Assembly: GCA_035373905.1 (NCBI GenBank)
Contig: DAOSOK010000009.1
Span: 44,925 to 108,924 of the forward strand
Reading direction: 5' to 3'
Origin: Candidatus Ozemobacteraceae bacterium
Lineage (GTDB): Bacteria > Muiribacteriota > Ozemobacteria > Ozemobacterales > Ozemobacteraceae
Length of the DNA stretch: 64,000 nt
Translations under genes and position numbers: made by a program
Shown here: positions 56,010 through 64,000 of the stretch, piece after piece
Layout of the letters: each line of letters starts with the position of its first letter
Numbering within the stretch: position 1 is the stretch's first letter
The notes under the pieces: generated by a model
The model's input: the letters and a program-made list of their open reading frames with translations, nothing else
What the model was told of the DNA's origin: nothing
Database searches by the model: none

Positions 56010-56537
56010 ATGTATCTTGACAAGCGGAACCAGGTCGAAGTCGGCATCGCCGATCAGATCGAGATCTCGTTTCATATTCTCAACTATAATCAAAGCCTCG
56101 TGCAGTTCGCAGACAGCAAGGCGAACGCCCTTCTCCTGATCAACTCGATTTTCATTGCCGCCCTGACGCCGTTCATCGAGAGGCTGAGCCACAATTCGTT
56201 CGCCTCGGCGATCGCCGTGGGATTTTTCATCTTCAGCATCATCTCGATCCTGATGTCCCTCGGGGTCATCATGACCCGCAGCGCCGGCATCGTCGAGAAC
56301 CGCACGAAGACTCTCGCATTCTACGGCCACATCATCGAAAACAATTCGGCCGAGGGGTACATTCACGAGGTTTCGTCGTGCGAGGCGAAGAAGTTCAATG
56401 AATCAATTCTTACAAATATATATACCGTCTCGAAGATCGCGGGCGCAAAGTTCTCGATCTACAACCACGGGCAGACGATGACATTGATCTCATCCCTGCT
56501 CTGGATCGTGACCATTCTGTTCATTCCGTTCATTTGA
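56010..56537 (+). CDS. Pycsar-effector-family (DUF5706/PycTM-like) membrane protein, standalone
   Basis: QFADSKANALL motif, TM pair, LAFYGHI, KIAGAKFSIY...C-terminal TM; RBS GGAGG. Confidence 0.75.
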   Translation: MYLDKRNQVEVGIADQIEISFHILNYNQSLVQFADSKANALLLINSIFIAALTPFIERLSHNSFASAIAVGFFIFSIISILMSLGVIMTRSAGIVENRTKTLAFYGHIIENNSAEGYIHEVSSCEAKKFNESILTNIYTVSKIAGAKFSIYNHGQTMTLISSLLWIVTILFIPFI

Positions 56538-58796
56538 TACCGCGACTTTCGCCCGTTCCGGATAGGTTTCCCTGAGCAGGTCGGCAAGCAGGGTCCAGCG
56601 CGCCTGGACCCTGTCGTTTTTCACGGCGATCCAGACGGCGCGTTTACTTCCCATCAGCACGAGGGTTCTGCGAGCCCGCGTCATGCCAGTATAGAGCAGG
56701 TTCCGTTGGAGCATCACGTAGTGCTGGGTCGTCGCGACGAGCACCACGGCCGGGTATTCGCTTCCCTGGGACTTGTGAACGGTGATCGCGAACGCGTGGG
56801 AGAGGTCGAGCAGATCGGCGGCCTGGTATACCCGTTCCCCCTGAGGGAACTCGACGACGATCTCCTGATCTTCGGTCTCGACATTTCGGACAATGCCGAT
56901 GTCGCCGTTGAACACGTCGAGGTCGTAATTGTTTTTGAGCTGGATCACCTTGTCGCCGACGCGAAAGACCCGGTGCATGTGCGTCAGCTCGGGTTTTTCG
57001 GGGGAAGCGGGATTCAGCGCCTCCTGCAGTTCCCTGTTGAGGTTCGCGGCGCCGAGCGTGCCGCGGTTCATTGGGGTGAGCACTTGGATGTCCTCGATCG
57101 GATGGTATCCGAACCGTTTCGTCAGACTCAGCGACACCACGTTCCGGAGCAGGGGAAGCGCCTTGTCGGGCTCGCCCGCGTCGAGGAAGTAGCAGTCGGT
57201 GCGCGTTTTCCCGTCGGGGGAAACGAGGATCGGCATCGCGCCGCCGTGGACGCGATAGGCATTGCGGATGATCAGCGACTCCTCCGCCTGCCGGAAAACG
57301 ATGTTCAGCCTCACGACGGGCGCGACGCCGGATTCGATCAACTGGCGCAGCAGCAGGCCTGGGCCGACGGACGGCAACTGGTCGGCGTCGCCGACGAGCA
57401 CGCAGGTGGCGCCCGGCGGGACAGCCTTGATCAGCGCGTGAAACAGGTTCATGTCGATCATCGAGGCCTCGTCGACGACGAGGGTGTCGCAGGCGAGCGG
57501 CTTCGACTGGTTGTAGCGGAAGCCGCCCTCCTGGGGCGAGTATTCGAGCAGGCGGTGGATCGTTTTCGCCTCCCGACCGCTCACTTCGGCGAGGCGTTTC
57601 GCGGCCCGGCCGGTCGGGCTCGCGAGCAGGACCCGGCGGCCCATCAGCGTATGCGCCTCGACGAGCGTTTTCAGGGTCGTCGTCTTGCCGGTGCCCGGAC
57701 CGCCGGTGATGACAAGAAATCGCTCGCGCAGCGACTTTTCGACGGCGACGGCCTGGATCTCGGTGAGCGTGATACCCGCCTTCGAGGTCGCCCCCTCGAG
57801 CGCTGCAAGCAGCTTCCCCCGGTCGGGGCCGCCTGGACCGCGCCATCCTGGCGCCGGCGGCCCACTTCCCCTGTCGTGGGAGGCGTGGTCAGGCGCGTCC
57901 TGCAACAAGGGGGCGAGGCGCTCAACGACGCCGATCTCGTCACGCCAGGCGAACGAGAGATACACGCAGGCGATGTCGCCGTGGTCGCGAATGACGATGC
58001 GCCGGTCTTTCGTCTGGGCGTCGATCGCTCCTTCGACGGCCGCCACATCCTCGACCTGGAGGATCTCGACGCTTCGCTTCACCAGCTCGGGGCGCGGCAG
58101 GAACATGTGGCCTTCGTCGAGAGCGGCGTTCAGGACGAACAGCAGGCCGGCCTCGAGTCGGCGCGGGTCGGCACCGGTGATGTTGAACTCAGCGGCGATC
58201 TTGTCGGCCGTCTTGAACCCGATGCCCCGGATCTCGTAGGCAAGCATGTAGGGGTTGGCCGCCACCTTCGCGATGGCGTCCTGGCCGAGATTTTTGAAGA
58301 TGCGCACAGCGTAGGCCGTCGAGATGCCGTGTCCCTGCAGGAAGATCATCACGTCCTGGATCGCCTTCTGCTGCTTCCACCCCTCGATGATGCGCGCGCT
58401 GCGCACGGGACCGATGCCGTCGCAGTCGGCGAGCCGGTCGGGCCGGCTTTCGATCACATCGAGCGTCTCGGTTCCGAACGCGGCCACGAGGCGCTTCGCC
58501 GTCACCGGGCCGACCCCCTTGATCAGGCCCGAGCCGAGATATTTCTCGATGCCCCGCACCGTCGCCGGTTTCATCGTCGTGTATTTGAACGCGTGAAACT
58601 GCGGCCCGAACTGGGGATGGCAGGTCCAGGTGCCGTAGACGCGCAGCTCCTCGCCCGGATGGATCGCCGAAAAACTGCCGACGACGGTGACGCCGTCAGC
58701 CCGGCCCTTGACGCTCGTCCTGAGCACGGAGTAGCCGTTCTGCGGGTTCGTATATGTGATGCGTTCGACGACGACGGTCAGGCACTCGTTTTCCAC
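56490..58796 (-). CDS. recD2: RecD2-like SF1B DNA helicase
   Basis: YTNPQNGYSVL, YLGSGLIKGVGP (HhH), TGGPGTGKTT, VVDEASM, GDADQLPSVG, AITVHKSQGSE, RNLLYTGMTRA. Confidence 0.95.
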   Translation of the reverse strand: MENECLTVVVERITYTNPQNGYSVLRTSVKGRADGVTVVGSFSAIHPGEELRVYGTWTCHPQFGPQFHAFKYTTMKPATVRGIEKYLGSGLIKGVGPVTAKRLVAAFGTETLDVIESRPDRLADCDGIGPVRSARIIEGWKQQKAIQDVMIFLQGHGISTAYAVRIFKNLGQDAIAKVAANPYMLAYEIRGIGFKTADKIAAEFNITGADPRRLEAGLLFVLNAALDEGHMFLPRPELVKRSVEILQVEDVAAVEGAIDAQTKDRRIVIRDHGDIACVYLSFAWRDEIGVVERLAPLLQDAPDHASHDRGSGPPAPGWRGPGGPDRGKLLAALEGATSKAGITLTEIQAVAVEKSLRERFLVITGGPGTGKTTTLKTLVEAHTLMGRRVLLASPTGRAAKRLAEVSGREAKTIHRLLEYSPQEGGFRYNQSKPLACDTLVVDEASMIDMNLFHALIKAVPPGATCVLVGDADQLPSVGPGLLLRQLIESGVAPVVRLNIVFRQAEESLIIRNAYRVHGGAMPILVSPDGKTRTDCYFLDAGEPDKALPLLRNVVSLSLTKRFGYHPIEDIQVLTPMNRGTLGAANLNRELQEALNPASPEKPELTHMHRVFRVGDKVIQLKNNYDLDVFNGDIGIVRNVETEDQEIVVEFPQGERVYQAADLLDLSHAFAITVHKSQGSEYPAVVLVATTQHYVMLQRNLLYTGMTRARRTLVLMGSKRAVWIAVKNDRVQARWTLLADLLRETYPERAKVAVSNERNEQNGHDPEQG

Positions 58797-58802
58797 GCCA
58801 TC

Positions 58803-58811
58803 ATTCTACCA
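58803..58811 (-). promoter_or_regulatory. Extended -10 promoter (TG-G-TAGAAT), 6 nt before the recD2 GTG, candidate leaderless
   Basis: Minus strand tggtagaat gatggc GTG. Confidence 0.55.
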
Positions 58812-58993
58812 GAAGACCCCGGAAAAGCGCCCGCACTTTCTGGCTGATACCTCCCCTGGAGAGCGCGGGCGGATCACGGATCCGGCCCGACGCCGCGCGC
58901 TTGTTCACCAACCTACGGCGACCGTGAACCGGATGCGCACGCCCTGATGTCCGCATTGACAGCGGCGCGAGGCAATGATAGGGTGGAACCTGC

Positions 58994-61768
58994 ATGAATT
59001 CTTCATTTCCTGCGTTGCAACAACGCCTGCCGGCCTTGCTCGCAGGCGCGTTCCTCTTCGTGCTTTTCGCCGTCTGGACGGCTTCGCTGATTCTCGAGAA
59101 CGATCCCCAGCCCAACATCGACATCGTGTTGTCGCCTTCCGCACGTCTCGCCCCCGGCGACACGACCGAAGTCGCGCTGTATGCTCTCGGCCGCGACAAA
59201 CCGTATCCCGTCCAAAGTCTCAAACTCGAGGCGCACCTTCGCTCCGCCGGGCGGTCCGTTCCGCTCGTACCCCCCTTTACGGCCGTCGAGAAACGCCCGG
59301 GGGTGTATGCCGCCAAAATCTCCCTTCCAGATTCGTTCAACGACGGCATGTATGAACTCGCCGTCTTCCGCTCGAACGCTCGCCGACAACCGCTCGCCGT
59401 GTTCAGCATCCAGGCGGGAACGAACTACTCGTTCGCCGCCACTCCGCCCGGCCTCCCTCTTCGCACAGGCGGTTCCTACCGGTTCGATCTCGCCGCCATC
59501 GATCCCGCAACCTCCCGTCCGCTCCCGCGCCTTCCCGTCAGATGCAGGATCACAACCCCGGACGGCTTCACCACGACGAACAGGGTCGCGTTCACCACCC
59601 GTCAGGGAACGGGCGATTTCACCTTTTCCCTGCATCCGGAAAGCCCGACCGGGGAGTATCTCTTCGACTTCTCGTGCGGGAACCGGTCGCTCCAGTTCCG
59701 CGTTCCGGTTCTGCCGGCGCTCCCCCCCCTCGTTTTCCTGAGGAGTTTTCTGACCCGCGCCGCTTCGAATCTTCCGACGCCCGTTTCCGGATTGATACCC
59801 GTTTTCCCGGTTCGCCCGGAGAGCCAGGCGCGCTGGAGCCTTCACCATGGAAAAGAGCCACATTCGCCGATCCGGTGGGCGAAAGCGGGCGGCAGAGGCG
59901 TTCGGGTGAATTTCGATCTCGGCACGCGTCGATTCGCCGTAATTGAGCTCTGGCAGCGCAACAGGCTGCTACATTCGTCGCTTTGTCCCCAGGCTTCGGG
60001 CACCGTCAAAATAACCTTTCGCAACAGGCTTCCCCTCACGGCACCGATCAAGGTGAGGCTGTGGCAGAAGAAGCGCCGCCAGGTCTGGTCAGACGAGTAT
60101 GTCATTCCGACGCTTTCCGGAGCTGACGAAGCAACTCGCAGGTTTCGGCGCCTGGCCGAAGACTGCGAGCCGCCTGCCGACCGCACCCTCGCCCGTCTGC
60201 TGACGCCGGCGGCCGCTTCCGTGCAGGTCGGAAGCGGCTATCAGCGAACCGACGGTCTCACGCTCGCGACCGGTTTTCTGTCCGAGGTCTGCCGACTCTC
60301 CCTTCCCTGGATTCTTCTCGTCGCCATGATCCTGCCGTTCGCCGGCACCATCTGCAGCGATGCCGGGAAGAACGGGTGCCAAAGCGTCTCCGCTTTTCTC
60401 CTCCCTGTGACGGCAGCCATGATGGTCTTTTTTTTCCTGGCCCGATCCGGTTTCGCGGAGCCTCCCGGCCCGATCCTGCTGTTCGTGGGTTTCCTCGCCG
60501 CAGCTCTGATGCTCAACGCCGGCCGGTATTCATCGGCAGGCGAATCCCTCATCCGCACCCCGCCCAAATCGGTCCCGCAAGCCGTTCGTCAGCCCCCCAT
60601 CCGGGCTATCGAGGCGTTCGTTCTCCTCGGAGTCATCCTCTCCGGGTCCCTTCTTGGAAAGATGCTTACCGGCGACCTGGCTTTTCAGGCGTCGCAGGCT
60701 ACGTTTCTGGCGTTCATCGCCGCCGTATCGGGGCTCATGACCGCGATATGCATGCTGGGAACGGGTTCGCTGAGTCTGAGCAGACCCGATCCGTCCCTGT
60801 TCGCGGCGGTTTCCGACCTTCTGTCGCGATTCACCTCCGGTCTCGCAAAAGGCGGATGGAAAGTCGCTCTCCTGCTCACGCTTCTCATGGCGGGGCTTTT
60901 CGCAGGAATCCTGCGTCTTCACACGCTGTTTCATCCCCCGTCCTCAGAGATGTCCGGACCGGCTGTCCGCCGCGCCTGGAGACAGAAGAATGCTTTCGCT
61001 CTTCGGTCGCAGCAGCTCCAGTTCGTTCCCACGGAGTCTGCGGCTGCAGAGAGCGGCGGCCTCGAAACGGCGACGGGACCCTCCGACGCGCAGCGCGCCA
61101 TACAATCTCGGTTCCTCCTTCTGCGAGGCACAAAACACTGGACCGGTCGAAAAATTCAGAGAATCAACGTCTTCACGAAACCCAGGGATTTTCTCGATCG
61201 GTGGGTCCGCTCTCTCGCATCCCTCCGTCCTACCCTCTGGACGATCTGCCTTGAACTCAATGCCAGGGCCACGCGCTTCCAACTCCTCGACCCGTCCGAG
61301 CGACGCGAAGAGCGGGAACGCCTGGAAGCCTGCCTGACCGTCTTTGGAAACATGCTATCCCGCGAGGTCCAGGGAGGAAAAACCATTTCTCCGGCCCGCA
61401 AGCAGTTCCTTGCCGACACCCTGACGAGCCTCTCCGGGGCGGTTTCAACCGATGCGGCCTTCAGGCAGGCGCTTCAGGCGCTTCCCGTCGTTCCGGCAAC
61501 CGGCGAAGAGGTCGATCCGGCCGTCGGTCTGATCGAGTATCCGACCGCGACGCCGCCGGTCGAGATTCCAGCTCTCGTCGCCCCGGCCTTTCGGCCGGGT
61601 GGGGCGCTCCGGCTCGGAAACGAAAGCGGTGTCTCGGTTTCGTTCCCCATCCGCCCCGAAATGACGCCCCTCGTGCGCGGAACATCCTTCCGTGACACGT
61701 TCGAAATCACCCGTCTCGAAACTCTCCGCGAGAGACCGCTTCTTCTCGAGCTGGTTTTCATCCCCTGA
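58994..61768 (+). CDS. Large hypothetical membrane protein with N-terminal macroglobulin(MG)-like Ig domains
   Basis: N-terminal TM; VRCRITTPDG...GTGDFTFSLHPESPTGEYLF resembles an MG2 domain; about 6 internal TMs; helical C-terminus. Confidence 0.6.
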   Translation: MNSSFPALQQRLPALLAGAFLFVLFAVWTASLILENDPQPNIDIVLSPSARLAPGDTTEVALYALGRDKPYPVQSLKLEAHLRSAGRSVPLVPPFTAVEKRPGVYAAKISLPDSFNDGMYELAVFRSNARRQPLAVFSIQAGTNYSFAATPPGLPLRTGGSYRFDLAAIDPATSRPLPRLPVRCRITTPDGFTTTNRVAFTTRQGTGDFTFSLHPESPTGEYLFDFSCGNRSLQFRVPVLPALPPLVFLRSFLTRAASNLPTPVSGLIPVFPVRPESQARWSLHHGKEPHSPIRWAKAGGRGVRVNFDLGTRRFAVIELWQRNRLLHSSLCPQASGTVKITFRNRLPLTAPIKVRLWQKKRRQVWSDEYVIPTLSGADEATRRFRRLAEDCEPPADRTLARLLTPAAASVQVGSGYQRTDGLTLATGFLSEVCRLSLPWILLVAMILPFAGTICSDAGKNGCQSVSAFLLPVTAAMMVFFFLARSGFAEPPGPILLFVGFLAAALMLNAGRYSSAGESLIRTPPKSVPQAVRQPPIRAIEAFVLLGVILSGSLLGKMLTGDLAFQASQATFLAFIAAVSGLMTAICMLGTGSLSLSRPDPSLFAAVSDLLSRFTSGLAKGGWKVALLLTLLMAGLFAGILRLHTLFHPPSSEMSGPAVRRAWRQKNAFALRSQQLQFVPTESAAAESGGLETATGPSDAQRAIQSRFLLLRGTKHWTGRKIQRINVFTKPRDFLDRWVRSLASLRPTLWTICLELNARATRFQLLDPSERREERERLEACLTVFGNMLSREVQGGKTISPARKQFLADTLTSLSGAVSTDAAFRQALQALPVVPATGEEVDPAVGLIEYPTATPPVEIPALVAPAFRPGGALRLGNESGVSVSFPIRPEMTPLVRGTSFRDTFEITRLETLRERPLLLELVFIP

Positions 61769-61793
61769 AGGTGATTTCTCCCGCCGACTGAGC

Positions 61794-61799
61794 TACAAT
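61794..61799 (+). promoter_or_regulatory. -10 element (TACAAT), 6 nt before moeA ATG 61806, candidate leaderless
   Basis: tacaat gaagag ATG. Confidence 0.45.
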
Positions 61800-61805
61800 G
61801 AAGAG

Positions 61806-63023
61806 ATGAAAACCTTCGACGAAGCCTATGCCACGATCATGGAAGTCGCCGCCGGCTCCGTGCCCGAAAGCGAGCCTGTTCCGCTCGATGCGGTCCCCGG
61901 CCGCATTCTCGCCGAGAACCTCGCGGCGCCGGAGGATCTGCCCATGGCCGACAACTCGGCGATGGACGGGTACTGTTTCAGACGCTCTGACGCCGTTGCC
62001 GCGTCATCCGGAACCCCGGTTTCCCTCCCGCTCGCGTCCGGGATCGACGCCGGCCATCCTCTCGAGGCGCTCCCCGAGGGTCATGCAGCGTATATCGCGA
62101 CCGGCGGCATTCTCCCGGTCGGCGCCGACACGATCGTCAGGATCGAGGACGCCGAACTCCCCGCACCCGGCACGCACCTCCTGGTTCGCAGTCTCCCTCC
62201 CGAAGGCGCCTACATCCGGCGTCGCGGCCGAGACCGACGTTCGGGCGATCTCGTGCTGGCCGCGGGCGTGCGGCTCACTCCCTATGCCGTCGGCGTCGCG
62301 GCGTCGCTCGGTCGGACCGTCGTCCGCGCGGCGCGACGGCCGCGGGTCTGCATTCTCGTCTCCGGAGACGAGCTCGTCATGCCGTTCGAACACCCCCGGC
62401 CCTGGCAGGTCCGCAACACCAACACCCCGATTCTGAAAGCGCTCATCCGCTCGGCCGGCGGAGAGCCGATCGATCTCGGCATCGTCCGCGACGACCCCGG
62501 CTCCGCCGAAGCCGCCCTTCGGCGGGCCGCGGAACTGGGCGACGTCGTCGTCTCCTCCGGCGGCATCTCGATGGGCCGGAAAGACCCTTTTGTCACGGCG
62601 CTGGACGCCATCGGAGCCGCGATATCCGTCAGAGGCGTCGCGATGAGGCCGGGCAAGCCCATCACGTTCGGACGCATCGGCAACACCCCGTATTTCGGGC
62701 TTCCCGGCAACCAGGCGTCTTCCGCCGTGACGGCCGAACTGTTCCTGCGCCCGTTCCTGGCGCGTCTGCAGGGAAGCGCGGATCCGGACCACCGTCGCGT
62801 CCTGCTCCCCCTGGCGAAAGATGTGACGAACCGCACCGGCCGCGATGATTTCCAGCGGGGGCGGCTTGTCAGCACGGCATCGGGACCCGTCGCCGAAACG
62901 CTGGAAAAGCAGGATTCCCATTTTCTCTCGTCTCTTCTCGGAGCGGACCTCCTCGTCAGAATTCCTGGCGACAGGCCGCAGATCAGAGCCGGTGAGCTCG
63001 TCGAGTGCCGGTTCATCGGCTGA
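61806..63023 (+). CDS. moeA: Molybdopterin molybdenumtransferase MoeA
   Basis: ADNSAMDGY, IATGGILPVGADTIVRIED, SGDEL, SSGGISMG, MRPGKP, GLPGN; start at MKTFDEA. Confidence 0.95.
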   Translation: MKTFDEAYATIMEVAAGSVPESEPVPLDAVPGRILAENLAAPEDLPMADNSAMDGYCFRRSDAVAASSGTPVSLPLASGIDAGHPLEALPEGHAAYIATGGILPVGADTIVRIEDAELPAPGTHLLVRSLPPEGAYIRRRGRDRRSGDLVLAAGVRLTPYAVGVAASLGRTVVRAARRPRVCILVSGDELVMPFEHPRPWQVRNTNTPILKALIRSAGGEPIDLGIVRDDPGSAEAALRRAAELGDVVVSSGGISMGRKDPFVTALDAIGAAISVRGVAMRPGKPITFGRIGNTPYFGLPGNQASSAVTAELFLRPFLARLQGSADPDHRRVLLPLAKDVTNRTGRDDFQRGRLVSTASGPVAETLEKQDSHFLSSLLGADLLVRIPGDRPQIRAGELVECRFIG

Positions 63024-63034
63024 GGAACCTCATC

Positions 63035-64000
63035 ATGCTGTCACCGTTCGAAATTCCCGACACCCTGGCGATGGACATCGGAACCGGCACCAAGGATGTG
63101 ATGCACTTTTCTGCCCGTCACACGCTCGAAAACAACGTCAAGCTCGTCGTGCCGACGCCGGCGCTCGTGATGGCCGACCGGCTGGAGCGTCACGAGGGGG
63201 AGTTGCGCATTTCCGGTTACACGATGGGCGGCGGATATCTCGCGAAGGTCATCAAGCGGCACCGGGCCTGCGGCAGGCGCGTCGTCATGGAGGAAATGCC
63301 CGCTTTCACGGTCCGCAACAACATCGAAGAGATCGAAGCCGCGGGTATCGAGATCGTCGAGCGGGTCGAGGAGCCCACCCACGTTTTCGACGAGATCGAA
63401 CTGCCGCTCTATTACGAGCTGCTCGGCCGGTTCGGCATCGACACGAAAAAGATCAGAATCATCGGCATCTCGGCCCAGGACCACGGCTACAACACGAGCG
63501 AGGAGTCTTCTCGGCGGAACCGGTTCAAGTATTTCCTCGACCATCTCGCCGGCGAACGCTCCCCCCGCTCGCTGGTCTTCACCGACACCGATCTTCCCGA
63601 CGTCTTCGGCCGTCTCTTTTCGGGCGCACGGTGTGTGAAGCATTTCGATCATACGCTCCGCGCCGTGCTGATCGACACCTCGTTCTCCGCCATTCTTGGC
63701 TGTGGTCTCGACCCGAGAGTCGCCGCCCTGCGCGGCCCGGTGCTGTACATCAATTACGGGAACGGGCACACGATGGCCTGCATCATGGACGGCACCCGCA
63801 TTCTCTCGTTTTTCGAGCACCACACCCGCGTCCTCAAGACGAAACCCGAGGTCATGGCCGGCTTCATGAGCCGGCTCGCCGAAGGGAAGCTTTCGACCGA
63901 CGAAGTGTTCGACGACGATGGGAACGGCTGCGTGACGTTCGAGCCCATCGCTTTTTCCGAACTCGCCGGCGTCGTCGTGACCGGCCCTCAACGCCATCTG
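63035..64000 (+). CDS. DUF1786-family protein (ASKHA-fold-like), partial, runs off window end
   Basis: Hand translation: LAMDIGTGTKD, ENNVKLVVPTP, GYTMGGG, AQDHG, INYGNGHT, FEHHT. Absent from the ORF track because no stop lies in the window. Confidence 0.8.
   Translation, partial: MLSPFEIPDTLAMDIGTGTKDVMHFSARHTLENNVKLVVPTPALVMADRLERHEGELRISGYTMGGGYLAKVIKRHRACGRRVVMEEMPAFTVRNNIEEIEAAGIEIVERVEEPTHVFDEIELPLYYELLGRFGIDTKKIRIIGISAQDHGYNTSEESSRRNRFKYFLDHLAGERSPRSLVFTDTDLPDVFGRLFSGARCVKHFDHTLRAVLIDTSFSAILGCGLDPRVAALRGPVLYINYGNGHTMACIMDGTRILSFFEHHTRVLKTKPEVMAGFMSRLAEGKLSTDEVFDDDGNGCVTFEPIAFSELAGVVVTGPQRHL

Noticed and set aside
37-63997. Many long alternative-frame or antisense ORFs (e.g. 37-1464+, 11633-13624+, 18568-20400-, 35615-37399-, 47627-49258+, 56706-58847+, 63041-63997-)
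   Set aside because: They shadow genes with clear family motifs and have Arg/Gly/Pro-rich or antisense-typical composition, as expected from stop-codon scarcity at high GC.
56425-64000. Absence of TATA-N8-TATA islets over the last ~7.5 kb as a sign of foreign DNA
   Set aside because: Gaps of 4-5 kb occur elsewhere in the window, and recD2 and moeA have native codon usage. Not significant without genome-wide statistics.

Overview
A 64 kb stretch of a GC-rich (roughly 60-65% GC by eye) bacterial chromosome, almost fully coding, with no recognisable IS, prophage, rRNA, tRNA or CRISPR. The gene style (many TPR/HEAT proteins, several PilT paralogues, a Hanks kinase, an AsmA-like envelope protein) would fit an anaerobic diderm candidate lineage such as Riflebacteria, but that is a guess. 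Contents in order: a Bat-like moxR/DUF58/BatD cluster, a CofG-like radical SAM fused to a hotdog thioesterase, a 5'-nucleotidase, rlmE, an M23 peptidase, an FHA membrane protein and a large AsmA/TamB-like protein divergent from a 1708-aa double-kinase receptor, a c-di-AMP (ydaO) riboswitch-controlled ktrBA operon converging on trkAH, a BMP-type nucleoside ABC transporter, an NSS transporter, spoIID-like/recN/HU, a cluster of four PilT paralogues (two degenerate) with two pseudopilins and two HEAT-TPR proteins, recG-rsmD, an orphan Pycsar-type membrane effector, recD2, moeA and a partial DUF1786 gene. The most unusual signal is not a gene. About 30 short (30-40 bp) AT-rich islets lie mostly inside coding sequences, are built from otherwise rare synonymous codons, and centre on a spaced palindrome TATA-N8-TATA (7 perfect and about 14 one-mismatch copies counted by eye). 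This looks like a dispersed DNA-level code laid over the protein code.
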